Positions 13,766 through 27,949 of a stretch of 64,000 bases of DNA are shown in pieces. The notes beneath the pieces were generated by a model, which was not told the origin of the DNA, did not search any database, and worked only from the letters and a program-made list of their open reading frames with translations. The DNA is taken from contig NC_043002.1 in the NCBI RefSeq assembly GCF_006345805.1, forward strand, positions 12,586,001 to 12,650,000, written 5' to 3'. The position numbers were made by a program, and so were the translations under genes. Positions within the stretch are counted from its first letter, which is position 1. Every line of letters begins with the position of its first letter. The DNA is from Octopus sinensis (Eukaryota).

Positions 13766-15184
13766 TTTGAAACATATTATTTATATAATATATATAATCC
13801 TGTTCAGAAAAGACGGTTTCTGTAGCCATAGGCAACGCTTCTTCTGCTCCAGCAGTTGTCTCAAAGTAAAATCATTAATGGTACACTCCGCTAACGAAGA
13901 GCAATTGACAAAGAGACCTTCAGCAATGAGGAACAGGAAATGCAAGGCAAGGCAAGTTTCATTGTTATGGATAACAGAAGGTTCACGGACAGAAATGACA
14001 CATTCCCTGATGAGTCTAACGGATTCCAAGCACGCCTTTGTTATTTCTTTCTATTGGCCAAATGTAGTCCAACGTAATTGTTTTATAGCTTCTCAATAAA
14101 CTCCAGTTTCTATAAATTCTTCCACACGTGTTGGCTCTGTATTCAATTGTTCTATTTTTGTTTCCTGCTGTTCTATTCTTCTTCTTCTTTTTTGTTGTTG
14201 TTGTTGTTGTTGTTGTATGTGTATGTGTTTGTATTCATTATCTTTGACACAAACTACGATTAGACACCTCTAATTCACGTGATCATATTTCATATTTCAC
14301 CTTTACTTCAATTGACCTTTATTTACATGCAGGCTAGATCAATGAATCAGTAACACCGACCGAACTATGAGCATTTTAACATCACGTAACGATGACCTTA
14401 CGTCAAAAACCTGAATAAGCAAGCAGATGATAAAGATAATTAACGCTATTTAGGTTATTAATGGCTTCATGTTTAATTATTGTATAATCAATACTTAATT
14501 ATTATCAATTGATTAACTGGTCATTGGAAGCTAAATTGCTTCAGACACATTGATGACATTCATTGTTTCTCTCTTTCTTTCTCGCTCTCTCTCTCGCATT
14601 CACTCTCTCTCCTCTGCCTCTTCCTCCGCTCTATCTCTTCTCCTTCTCTTTCATTCTTTCAATGGAATATCAGACCGAGGTCACCACTCAATCAACAGCC
14701 AGACGCAGACATTACAAGCAATAAGAATGCAAATATATTTGTAAATTGGATTATAATTGTTGTTGAATTATGTTAAGGTCGACATGATGATGATATACAT
14801 TAAACGACGCTTAATTGCTATTTCATCTCTCTTTCTCTCTCTCTCACTCTCTCTTTCTCTTTCCCCCTCTCTCTTTCTATCTCTCTCACACGAACACACT
14901 AACATTCTCTCTCTCACAACGTAATCGCTCACACTTTATTCTCCTCATACATAAGTACGTGTATATACATTCATATGTATTTATATGAGTGTGTAAAAAG
15001 TATATGCATGAATGTATGTATACAAATATGAGTGCATACAGAGAATATCCTATAATGAGAACGTATATACGCGCGTTTGGTTGTGTGTGTATATACATAC
15101 ATACATACATACATAAATACATACATACATGCATCATACTATACAACATATAATACACACACAATATATATAAATATATAGGTA

Positions 15185-15233
<49 letters not shown>

Positions 15234-15398
15234 TATACAAAATGGGACAAGAACGCAAAACATCCGGACAACTAGGTGACAACAAAACATCCAGATAGAC
15301 GATACAAAAAAACAGTGTGTGTGTACGTTTGTACGTAAATGTTGAACGATGAAATGAGTGCTCAGCACCACATTGGTGGATGTATAATTTTCTTATTT

Positions 15399-15566
15399 GT
15401 GAATTAAAGCTACCATTGGTTTCATATTGAGAAAAGTCGGAAAATATCCTAATATCTTAAATTTTCGGGTCGATCACATGGAAGTCCATGTGATTGGCTT
15501 GAAAAATTGTGAAAGATAGAAATTTCCTACTCTTCTTTTCATGAACCAATGGTAGCCTTAATTCGC
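15399..15566. mobile_element. Old fold-back/MITE-like imperfect palindrome
   Basis: gtgaattaaagctaccattggtttcat ... atgaaccaatggtagccttaattcgc, with central atcacatgg/ccatgtgat. Confidence 0.7.
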
Positions 15567-15612
15567 CAAAAATATATATGTATGTATCTATGTATGCATT
15601 GTACGTATATAT

Positions 15613-15682
<70 letters not shown>

Positions 15683-16234
15683 ATTATTGAAATAGAAAGA
15701 TGAATAATCTTGTAGTAGATTAATCAACAGTTTAACCGATACCTTAGTAGCAAAAATCACAGCAGTAAACAGCACGGTTGGAGGTACAACCATCTGGCGT
15801 CTGACCGTGCGTTGGTGCGGATAATTTGAAATTAAAACATTATTGGTGAATGAAGAAATGGAGCTGAACGCAGATTGAACAGAAATCGTTTTATTTCATT
15901 CTACACGTGTTTCGAAAGGCACAAATTACCAAAATCCGATTGATAATGGGACCATATTGTGTCTTTCTCTTCAGAAAGAAAAAAGAAATCCGTTGGAAAA
16001 ACAAAAACAGAACAGAGGCGGAGCAAAAAACAAATCGAACTGTGCTCCTAAGAGCCCATGGCGAAACCTTCTCAATTCACCAATAATGTTTTTTATATAT
16101 ATATATATAGTATATATATATATATATATATATATTTCTAGTTTCAGCTCAGAGCTGCGGCCATGCTGATGCACCGCCGTTTTGTGCTACACTATTATTT
16201 CGACGAGAACCTCGTCTAATATGTGGCACTTATA

Positions 16235-16410
16235 TATATATATTGGACAAAATAATATATATATTGGACAAAATAATGGAAACACCTTAATATTTCAAAC
16301 AAACTTATTTTAATATGGAGTAGGACCGCCTTTGGCTGTAATTACAACTTGAATTCTACGAGGTATGGACACGTACAAAGTTTGAATTGTTTCGAAAGGA
16401 ACTCAATCAC
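16235..16410. mobile_element. Probable Tc1-like terminal fragment with a short tandem duplication
   Basis: tatatattggacaaaataat occurs twice, followed by ggaaacacc, resembling Tc1 TIR starts. Confidence 0.4.
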
Positions 16411-16689
16411 TCAATCAGTTGATTAATGAAACAGAGCCCTTAGCCATTCTCGGAAGGACCTAAAGTCATGGTTAAAGTTCGGTGTTTCTAACAGATTTAT
16501 ATACTGCCGTCTGTTTAACTAAGTTCTAAGTTCATATTCCAATGGAAAATGATAAGGTGATGACGGGAGCGTGGCTTTGGAAATCTTGGTGACAAAGAAA
16601 TGTTCCCAGTGTTATACGTGTCGGTTGCGTCGAAGTTTCATCACTACATGTGAATTCATACCGCGAATACGAAATATATCACACACGCA

Positions 16690-16747
<58 letters not shown>

Positions 16748-16879
16748 ACACGCGAATAAGAATAAATGAGTTTGGAAATACTAAACTATTACAGCTGTTT
16801 CTATCATGGGGTTGCCAAATTTTCGAAGCGTGATGTGGAAAACTTTTCTGTGAATTCTCCCTATATATATCAACCCCAT

Positions 16880-17590
16880 GATATGGAAATTAATAGAAAT
16901 TTTAACTTCCAGTGGCCTAGCTTGTAAAAATTTAGTCCAATGACTATGTATTAGTCATAAAATACAGTGTACATTTAAACACATAAGAAGAATCCACTCA
17001 TGGGATTCAACATGCTAGAAAGAACAGCTAGGTTCTATGACCACAAAATTAGGGATAAAATTCGACAGGAACGAAATGAAAAAATAAAAACATTTTACCA
17101 TCTAATTTTCTGGACCAATTGGTTTCTGATTTTAGTTTAGCAAGTAAATAACTTTTACTTGCGAGGTGAAATCGTTTTCAACAGGTACACTTTAGATTAA
17201 ATATATAAACATGAGGTGATCAACTATGTCGCCCTTGTTTATACATCCTAATTTTTTCGAAATCTACTACGCAGACGCAGTCCTTCGCCGGCATTTTATG
17301 ACTAATACATAGTCTTTGGACTAAATTTTTCCATGCTAGGACACTGGAAATGAAAATTTTTATTAATCTCCATTTCCCTTTGATATGATTAAGTATTGTA
17401 AGTTTTTTGATAATTTTCGATTTTTTAAATTTGGCATATTTTTATTGCCGGCGAAGGGCTGGGTCTGCGCAGTAGATTTTGAAAAAATTAGGATGCATAA
17501 ACAAGGGGCACATAGTTGATCGCCACGTGTTCATATATTCAATCTAAGGTGTACCTGTTGAAAACGATTTCACCTCGCGAGTATGATTAT
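16880..17590. mobile_element. Nested inverted-repeat element related to the 22895-24880 unit
   Basis: Shared motifs ccagtggcctag, ctagaaagaacagcta and aaataaaaacattttacc. 17155-17290 is inverted at 17445-17585, and 16880-16970 is inverted at 17290-17370. Confidence 0.7.
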
Positions 17591-17973
17591 CTCTCGTAAG
17601 TTTCCAGCACCACATAAAGTGTCAGTATCTAGTGCACTTCCGGTATAGTCTCATTGGTGATAATATACATACTACTATTGCTGTTTAATATATTCATAAC
17701 AAATATAGGAAGAATTATGATAAACACATGTGCATATCATTTATTCCCTACGAACATTTCACCATTGTGGTTATTTCCAGATTCTGCGTTTGGTGTTTCA
17801 GATTTGCGACTGGAGAAGACACTTTTAATGAATTATGTTATACAAATCAAAATTGTCGTAGGTGAGCATCTGGTTGCACACAGAACGTCTACAGAATAGG
17901 ATGCGGAAAGTCAGAATGGGGAAACGAAAGCATAAAACAAATAATACAAATCTGTGTTTATCATACTTTCTGT

Positions 17974-18021
<48 letters not shown>

Positions 18022-18245
18022 ATATAATTAGGGTTCAGTAAAAAAAATTACTTTACCACACACCGAACTTTTAGAAATAGCAGTCAAAAAATTTTAGCTA
18101 TTTCCTCTACTATAATTATATAACCCTAATTATATAACGTAATGTTTTAAATATACCATAAATGGTCTTTTTACATACTGAGCACTACTTGGTAAAGTTA
18201 TTAATTAATAAATTAATAATTAATTAATTGTACCCTTTTATTATT

Positions 18246-18282
<37 letters not shown>

Positions 18283-18591
18283 TAGATAGATATAGATATA
18301 TATACATATACACGACAGGCTTTCGGTCTCAGTCTAATATTTGCTCCGCGATCAGTGCAGAAGGCCGACAGTATCTTCACGACCGGGTAAGGAGACCGCC
18401 CTGGACCGGCCGATCGGTCAATGTACGGCCACAGTGGCTGCCCAAACGCTGCATTTTCTTTTTTTGCACCCGTTGCATATATCTGTATATCTATACACAT
18501 ATATATGTACGTATATAACTAGTACTTATACATCATACGTTGTATATAATATATATATATTATATATATAATATATATATATATATTATAT

Positions 18592-18623
<32 letters not shown>

Positions 18624-18994
18624 CATATATAATTACATATATATATATATATATACATATATGTATGTAATCACCGTGACCGACCAGGCTATCAGATGTT
18701 GTTACACGTCGCTGGTAACAATGCGCTTCGCATTGTTTTAGCCTTCAAATGACGCCACCCACCTGGCTAAGCGAGCAGGCGAACAGAAAAAAGAGTGGGA
18801 GAAATTTGTGGCGAAAGAGTACAGCAGGGATCGCTACCCCCACCCCTCCCGGAGCCTTGTGGTGTTTTAGGTATTTTCGCTCAATAGACACTCACAATGC
18901 CCGATCTCGGGGTCGAAACAACGATCCTACAAACGCGAATCCTCTGCCCTAACCACTGGGCCATTGCGCCTCCACATATATATGCATGCATATG

Positions 18995-19041
<47 letters not shown>

Positions 19042-19044
19042 TAT

Positions 19045-19090
<46 letters not shown>

Positions 19091-19101
19091 TAGATAGGTA
19101 A

Positions 19102-19181
<80 letters not shown>

Positions 19182-19320
19182 GTAGGTAGATAGATATGTA
19201 TTCACATATATATATATGTACACACATATACATATATACTGTATATAAGTGGATATATATGTACGTATGAATATATATGCATATGTGCATATCAGCTTAT
19301 GTGTGTGCATGTGTCTACGT

Positions 19321-19377
<57 letters not shown>

Positions 19378-19943
19378 TGCCTATCTATGTCTGTATGATC
19401 TACCTATCAAATTAAAAAAAGAGAAATGATGAAAGGAAAATGGCCGTGGAATTGAAAAAAAGGAGCGGATTCCATGGCGAGGCAGGTGAAGAATGGAAGT
19501 AATTTGACGCAGCGATCTGTTTGGAAATGAAATAAGTTTTTAGACGGCGTTCATCTTTCAATCACATCGCTTAATTGAATATTGATGTTCGTATATGTGT
19601 GAATGTATATACCTGTATGATTATGTCTATAATTATACGTATCTCTATACGCATTTCAATATAGTTGTATGTACATTCATAGAGTGAGAGACTTATATAT
19701 ATATATTGATAAATAAAATTTCTAGATAAATATAGATTGATATAATTATAGATAAAATCTACTCACATATGCATATAACATATATATATATAACACCACA
19801 CACACATTCTTTCCTATATGCATATCTATATGCATATAGAGACATAAATATATATATACATATGCCATATATATATTATATTTATATATACATATACATA
19901 TATATATATTATATATATATATATATATAATATATATATATAA

Positions 19944-20002
<59 letters not shown>

Positions 20003-20015
20003 CATATATATATAT

Positions 20016-20060
<45 letters not shown>

Positions 20061-20425
20061 TTAGATATATGTGTGTATATATATATACATTTAAATATAT
20101 ATATATGTATATATATACATATATTTATTTAAATTTATATATATATTTGAATATATATATATATGTGTGTGTATATTTATGTGTGTGCATGAGGGTGTGT
20201 ATCTGTATATGAGTTTTTTATTGTTTGTGTCAGTGTGCGTATGTATACTTTTATGGTAAGTAGGTTTGTATAACTAGAGTGAGTGAGAGAGAGAGCGATT
20301 TGCCGAAGTAGAGCAAACTCTGCCATGGACACATTGATGAGTTTCTGCATTTGTAGTACACACGTACCATATACGGAATCGCATCATTGTTTGGAATCGA
20401 GAATTCTGTCTTCATTGCCTCACCT

Positions 20426-20442
20426 GCTACTACTACTACTAG

Positions 20443-20475
<33 letters not shown>

Positions 20476-20664
20476 AACTACTACGACCACCTCCACCACG
20501 ACGACTACTACTACTACTACGACCACCACCACCACGACTACTACTACTACTACTACTACTACGGCGACGACGACGACGACGAAACCACCACCACCATCAA
20601 CACCGCTACCACTACTACTACTACAACTAACAACCACTACTATCACCACCACTACTACCACCAA

Positions 20665-20696
<32 letters not shown>

Positions 20697-20699
20697 TAC

Positions 20700-20746
<47 letters not shown>

Positions 20747-20780
20747 CTACTACTATTATTGCTGCTGCTGTTGCTGCTAG
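20426..20780. repeat. Compound trinucleotide microsatellite (CTA/CCA/CGA/TAA/GCT)n
   Basis: Directly visible. Similar tracts at 9850-9960, 21930-22060 and 29005-29620. Long (CA)n, (TA)n, (TATC)n and (TATG)n tracts occur throughout. Confidence 0.95.
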
Positions 20781-20980
20781 CACTAATATACACGTGCAGT
20801 ATGGTCGAGTGGTTAAGAAACTTACTTTGAAATTACGATGTTTCGTTTTCAATTCCAGCGCGCGGTTACTCTTGGCAAGTGTCTTTAACAATAGCCTCGG
20901 CTTGAACAATACAATCACAAGTTATTGGCAGACGGAAAATATATGGAAGGCCGTTGCATACAATCCCTACTGCAACCCCA

Positions 20981-21047
<67 letters not shown>

Positions 21048-21297
21048 ATATAGTAGAATAAGAATACACAGCCCGCAGCATTTCAGGAGCCTAGGTTTCG
21101 AGAAATATCTTTGATTCCTTTTTATGCATTCATACAATAACTATGTTTTAGGACCATTTCAGTCGATTTTATGAATCGGTTTCACACTGAAGAGTGTCGA
21201 GAAAAATATCTCGGCACTCTTCAGGGATGGTTGTAGGAAACGTATGGTGCAAGTGCTTGCTGCAGGAGATCAGAAAGTATTGCATGTTGTTTATAGG

Positions 21298-21490
21298 TCA
21301 TCATCATCGTTTAACGTCCGCTTTCCATGCTAGCATTAGTTGGACGATTTTGACTGATGGCTGGCGAACCAGTTGGCAGCACCAGGCTCCAATCTTGATT
21401 TGACAGAGTTTCTATAGCTGGATGCCCTACCTAACGCCAACCACTCCGAGAGTGTGGTGGGTGCTTTTTACGAGCCACCGGCACGGTGTG
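21298..21490 (-). mobile_element. Retroposon 3' end with (GAT)n tail
   Basis: tcatcatcatcgtttaacgtccgctttccatgctagc...ctggatgccctacctaacgccaacc, typical of a reverse-oriented LINE/SINE terminus; family not identified. Confidence 0.5.
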
Positions 21491-22149
21491 ACAATGATGT
21501 ATAAAAAAAGAATCGTTTGAAAATGCACAAGGAAGAGAATTCTGTCAGAGGTAGGATGGTAGAATACTTTTCTTCCACAGTAAGTTGTTTTAGTGTTTAG
21601 TCTTCCACACAGAATCTTCGCCATCATAAAAGAACTTTGCCCGTAAATAAGCTTTTAAACAGAACTGAACAAATGCCGTTCAGTGTGCGTTACTGTCACC
21701 GTTCGCTCAAATACTTTTTCTTTTACTTGTTTCAGTCAGTTTGACTGCGGCCATGCTGGAGTACCCCCTTTAGTCAAACAAGTCGACCCCAGGACATATT
21801 CTTTGTAAGCCTAGTACTTATTCTATCGGTCTCATTGCCGAACCGCTAGGTAACGAGGACGTAAACACACCAGCATCGGTTGTCAAGCGATGCTGGGGGA
21901 CACATACAAACAAACATACACACACACATACTACTGCCATTACCACCACCACCGCCACTAACACCACCACCACCACCATCACTACTACTACTACTACTAC
22001 TATTAATACTACCACCACCACCACCACCACCGCCACCACTACAGCTACAACTACTATATCATGCATACACATACACACACACACACGCACACACACACAC
22101 ACACACACACGCACAGACACACACACACACACACATATATATATATTAG

Positions 22150-22570
22150 ATTATTTTGGTCAGCCAAAGGATTTTTCGGCTGACCCTCGTACCTACAGAA
22201 AAAATCAGAAGCGATGGTCGGAGAATTTCTATGACCTCATCAGATCCAATTTCTGTCCATTTAATTCCTTCGGTTGTAATTCCATGGATTAATATGTATG
22301 TGGCGCAGTTGAGAAAGACACCGAGTGCGAGCTGATGGACAAGATCACGGAAGCGTTCGAAGATCTTCCCAGGGATAAAGTGAGGAACGCATGCGTTATG
22401 TCCCGGAGTCGTTTTGATGCCGTGGTGGAAAATCAGGGAAACTCCTTTCAATAAACTGTTATCTCCCAGGCATGATCCACTTGACATCTTTCCATGTTTT
22501 TTAATATATTAACTTTTGGATGAGATTTTGTGTTTTCCTTTCCTTTTATGTACTGTCAAATTTAGTCCAA
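22150..22570 (+). mobile_element. Tc1/mariner transposase C-terminal fragment
   Basis: RWSENFYD, NFCPFNSFGCNSMD*YVCGAVEKDT (WPPNSPD-like) and ELMDKITEAFEDLPRDKVRNAC..SRFDAVVENQG. Confidence 0.75.
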
Positions 22571-22574
22571 ACTC

Positions 22575-22644
<70 letters not shown>

Positions 22645-22677
22645 AGTCTGTCTGTCTGTCTGTCGGTCTGTCTGTCG

Positions 22678-22709
<32 letters not shown>

Positions 22710-22841
22710 TTCTGTCTATCTGTCTGTCTATCAATCTATAAACCTATCTATTCATCTCTGTTTGTCTCTCTCTGTGTCTCAGTCTGTCTGTCTATCTGGG
22801 CTCTCTCTCTTCTCTCTTCTCTCTCTCTCTCTCTCTCTCCA

Positions 22842-22885
<44 letters not shown>

Positions 22886-22894
22886 TATATATAT

Positions 22895-24880
22895 AATTAA
22901 TAAATATAGGGTGGCAAAAAAAATTTTGTAGAATAGAATTTTTTGCCACCAGCGGCCTAGTGGGAAAAAATTAAATAGTCATAGACCATTTTTAAGTTCA
23001 ACATCACAATCAAAGAACGGCCATAATAGGCCATTCACCCACTAGAAATAACAGCCAAAAGCTTTAACCGCAAAATAACATCAATTCCGTAAACCAGGAG
23101 AAAATTAAAAAACATTTACCCTGTAATTTCTTATACGATGCATCGTTTCGTCTACTGTTTAATGGTAAACTAACCTGATTAAATTAAATCAAGCCAATCT
23201 ACCATAGGCCCTTAGATTCATCAGTAAGAAATAGCCAAGTCGGAACAGATATTTTTCACGAGGCATTTCCGTCCCTGCCTCGGCAATATCTGACCTAAAA
23301 TTTTCAAATCATCGCACTCGCGATGGTTTACGGAATTGATGTTATTTTGCGGTTAAAGCTTTTGGCTGTTATTTCTAGTGGGTGAATGGCCTATTATGGC
23401 CGTTCCTTGATTGTGATGTTGAACTTAAAAATGGTCTATGACTATTTAATTTTTTTCCACTAGGCCGCTGGTGGCAAAAAAATTCTACAAAATTTTTTTT
23501 GCCACCCTATATTGATTAATTATGAATTTTCTGGTTAATTCCGTAATGGAATCGGCGGCTTAATTTTATTTGCTGCCGATAAATTTGGCGAGTGCGATGA
23601 TGATTGAAAATTTTAGGTCAGATATTGCCGAGGCAGGGACGGGAATGCCTCGTGAAAAATATCTGTTCCGACTTGGCTTTCTTACTGATGAATCTAAGGG
23701 ACTATGGTAGATTGGCTTGATTTAATTTTATCAGGTTAGTTTACCATTAAACAGTAGACGAAACGGTGGTGCAATCGTATAAGAAATTACAGGGTAAATG
23801 TTTTTAATTTTCTCTGGTTTACGGAATTGATGTTATTTTGCGGTTAAAGCTTTGGCTGTTATTTCTAGTGGGTGAATGGCCTATTATGGCCGTTCCTTGA
23901 TGTGATGTTGTAACTTAAAAACGGTCTAGACTATTTAATTTTTTCCACTAGGCCGCTGGTGGCAAAAAAATTCTACAAAATTTTTTTTGCCACCCTATAT
24001 TGATTAATTATAAATTTTCTGGTTAATTCCGTAATGGAATCGGCGGCTTATATTTATTTGCTGCCGATAAATTTGGCAGCGAGTGCGATGATTTGAAAAA
24101 TTTAGGTCCAGATATTGCCGAGGCAGGGACGGGAATGCCTCGTGAAAAATATCTGTTCCGACTTGGCTATTTCTTACTGATGAATCTAAGGGCCTATGGT
24201 AGATGGCTTGATTTAATTTAATCAGGTTAGTTTACCATAAAACAGTAGACGAAACGGTGCATCGTATAAGAAATTACAGGGTAAATGTTTTTAATTTTCT
24301 CCTGGTTTACGGAATTGATGTTATTTTGCGGTTAAAGCTTTGGCTGTTATTTCTAGTGGGTGAATGGCCTATTATGGCCGTTCCTTGATGATGTGATGTT
24401 GAACTTAAAAACGGTCTATGGACTATTTAATTTTTTCCACTAGGCCGCTGGTGGCAAAAAAATTCTACAAAATTTTTTTTGCCACCTATATTGATTAATT
24501 ATAAATTTTCTGGTTAATTCCGTAATGGAATCGGCGGCTTATATTTATTGCTGCCGATAAATTTGGCGCGAGGTGCGATGATTTGAAAATTTTAGGTCAG
24601 ATATTGCGAGGCAGGGACGGGAATGCCTCGTGAAAAATATCTGTTCCGACTTGGCTATTTCTTACTGATGAATCTAAGGGCTATGGTAGATGGCTTGATT
24701 TAATTTAATCAGGTTAGTTTACCATTAAACAGTAGACGAAACGGTGCATCGTATAAGAAATTACAGGGTAAATGTTTTTAATTTTCTCCTGTTTACGGAT
24801 TGATGTTATTTTTCGGTTTTAAAGCTTTGGCTGTTATTTCTAGTGGGTGAATGGCCTATTATGCCGTTCCTTGATTGTGA
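22895..24880. repeat. Fold-back array: one ~425-bp forward copy plus ~3.2 tandem ~490-bp units in reverse orientation
   Basis: gccaccctatattgattaatt recurs near 23501, 23989 and 24481. 22895-23320 is the reverse complement of the unit. Inversion junction at ~23321. Confidence 0.92.
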
Positions 24881-25518
24881 TATATATATATATATATATA
24901 TATACGATATATTCTCACGGACATCGGGTTGTTAGAAAAGTTCGTTCGTTTTTGTTCAATTTTCTATTCGTTTTATTTTATTTTGTGGTGCTACTGGGCA
25001 TTTCACTGTCATATCTATGAAAAGAGTTAAAATTCATTCAAGTTTTATAAACGAGAAACAAAAGTTGCTCAGAAAGAATTGAGCCGCAAACAACCATAAA
25101 ACCATTACGATAAAAAAAGGATCTTTTTGTTAATTCGAACAACAATGGAAACAATATAAAATAAACGGAAAACAACAGAAAGAATTCATCTGACAACAAT
25201 ACACACACATACATAATTTATACGTATGTATGTATGTATGTACATCTTTTTTTTTTCTTTTACTTGTTTCAGTCATTTTGACTGCGGCCATGCTGGAGCA
25301 CCGCCTTTAATCGAGCAACTCGACTCCGGGACTTATTCTTTTGTAAGCCCCAGTACTTATTCTATCGGTCTCTTTTGCCGAACCCGCAAAGGGACGGGGA
25401 CATAAACACACCTGCATCGGTTGTCAAGCAATGCTAGGGGAACAAACACAGACACACAAACATACACGCACATACATATATATATACATATATACGGCAT
25501 ATATATATATGTATATCG

Positions 25519-25550
<32 letters not shown>

Positions 25551-26112
25551 ACATATATATATATACTTGTGTGATGATAATAAGAGTAAAATGAATAAAT
25601 TATAATACTTAACTCAAGGTATATATACGAGCTTTTAATCTATGTTTTTCATCAAAGATTAATAAAGATGATAGAATATTAAACTTTAAGTAGATTCCGA
25701 CATTCCGCCCAGTCCCAACCCTCCTCTGCTAAATACTGAACGTTAAATAATTACTTCGAAACCCCACCACACACGCACACACACACACTACCTCCTCAGT
25801 CCCCACCTCTACCCCCACCTTGACAAAATATAAGATGTGTGTGTGTGGGGGGGTGAAATATTCCATTGGGTGGAATGCAGCAGGAGAAAAATGGTTCAGT
25901 ATATGAATGATAAAAATATATCTGTCTATCTAACTCACACACACATATATATACACACACAAACACACACACACACAGACACACACACACGCATACATAC
26001 ATATATAACTTATTTGTGTGTGTATAAATATGTTTGTATATATATGTATATACATATGTTTGTATATATATATATATATATACATATATGTATGCATATA
26101 TATATATATAAT

Positions 26113-26156
<44 letters not shown>

Positions 26157-26581
26157 TATATTATTATATAATATATATATATATATATAATATATATATG
26201 TATATATGGATGTAATATATTTATTCATATATATGTATATATATATATGTATGTATATATATATATATATATATACGTTCACATACAAATAAGCATATAT
26301 TTTGTGTGTGTATGTGTGCGTGTGTGTATGTATGGGTGTGTATGTGTGTGTGTGCTAAAATTACATATGATAAAATGATATAAAGTGTAAAATCAAAATA
26401 ATGCAGGAAGGAATATCAGATTAAAAGAATGATAAATAAGATTATTCTCTCACTTTAATTATCACTAAAGTAAGATAATTGGAAATTAGGGGGGCTGAAA
26501 ATTTAACTATAAATAACTCGTACCATATGTATGTATATATGTGTGTGGTGTGTGTGTGTGTGTGTGTGTGTTTGTGTGTGT

Positions 26582-26613
<32 letters not shown>

Positions 26614-27949
26614 TACATAGATATCTATGGATATGTGCGTATTTATGAACATGTATATATTTGTAATTATACACATACACTTCTGAATGTTTGTGCTAAT
26701 GTGAGAGTGTATGGCTTCGAACAAGCAAGAATACTTGAAATGCCTATCAAATTTGTAGGAATTCGAAGAAAATTTCACACACGCATCGAACATACGCTAA
26801 GATATTCTTTTTGAATTTCGTACAATATCTATTTCTTTACTACCCACAAGGGGCTAAACACAGAAGAGGACAAACAAGGACAGACGAACAGATTAAGTCG
26901 ATTATATCGACCCCAGTGCGTAACTGGTACTTATTTAATCGACTCCGAAGGGATGAAAGGTAAAGTCGACCTCGGCGGAATTTGAACTCAGAACGTAGCG
27001 GCAGACGAAATACCTATTTCTTTATTACCCACAAGGGGCTAAACATAGAGGGGACAAACAAGAACAGACATAGGTATTAAGTCGTTTACATCGACACCAG
27101 TGCGTAACTAGTACTTATTTAATCGACCCCGAAAGGATGAAAGGCAAAGTTGACCTCGGCAGAATTTGAACTCACAACGCAGCGGCAGACGAAATACCGC
27201 GAAGCATTTCGCCCGGTGTGCTAACAATTCTGCCAGCTCGCCACCTTCACGTACAATACCAGTAATTCTGTGGCAAGGATGCAAGCCGATTACTTTGGCA
27301 CTTCGCCCCACCCTCCCAGTACTTGATTGTTACTTTATTTTTTCGCCACCGATAAAGTACAAAAGCCAGAAGCAACGCCACTAAGCGATTTTGTCCGACG
27401 CACTAACGACTCTGTCAGCTTGTCAATTTTAGCATACACAAAGGAATCGTGGCACACCGTCGGTTACGACGACGAGGGTTCCAGTTGATCCGATCAACAG
27501 AACAGCCTACTTGTGAAATTAACGTGCAAGTGGCTGAGCACTCCACAGACACGTGTACCCTTAACGTAGTTCTATGGAGATTCAGCGTGACGCAGTGTGA
27601 TAAGGCTGGTCCTTTGAAATACTGGAAAATACATGAGAAACAAGAAGAAAGAGTGAGAGAAAGTTGTGGGGAAAGAATACAGCAGGGTTCGCCACGGCTC
27701 CCTACCGGAGACTCGTGGTTCTTTAGGTGCTTTCGCTCAATAAACACTCACAACGCCCAGTCTGGGAATCGAAACCGCGATCCTACGACCGCGAGTCCGC
27801 TGCCCTAACCACTGGGCGATTGCGCCTCTGCACTAAGGTATAATCACACAATTTCTTTTAGTAAACTCCATACGCATACAGTTAAAGTTACATGTATTTA
27901 TACGGGCCTAAGTGCGAAACATAACACTAGTGTTTTTTAACCAATGTTT

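Noticed and set aside
13560-14099. 179-aa ORF
   Set aside because: The first half is a frameshifted RTE C-terminus and the rest has no recognisable homology.
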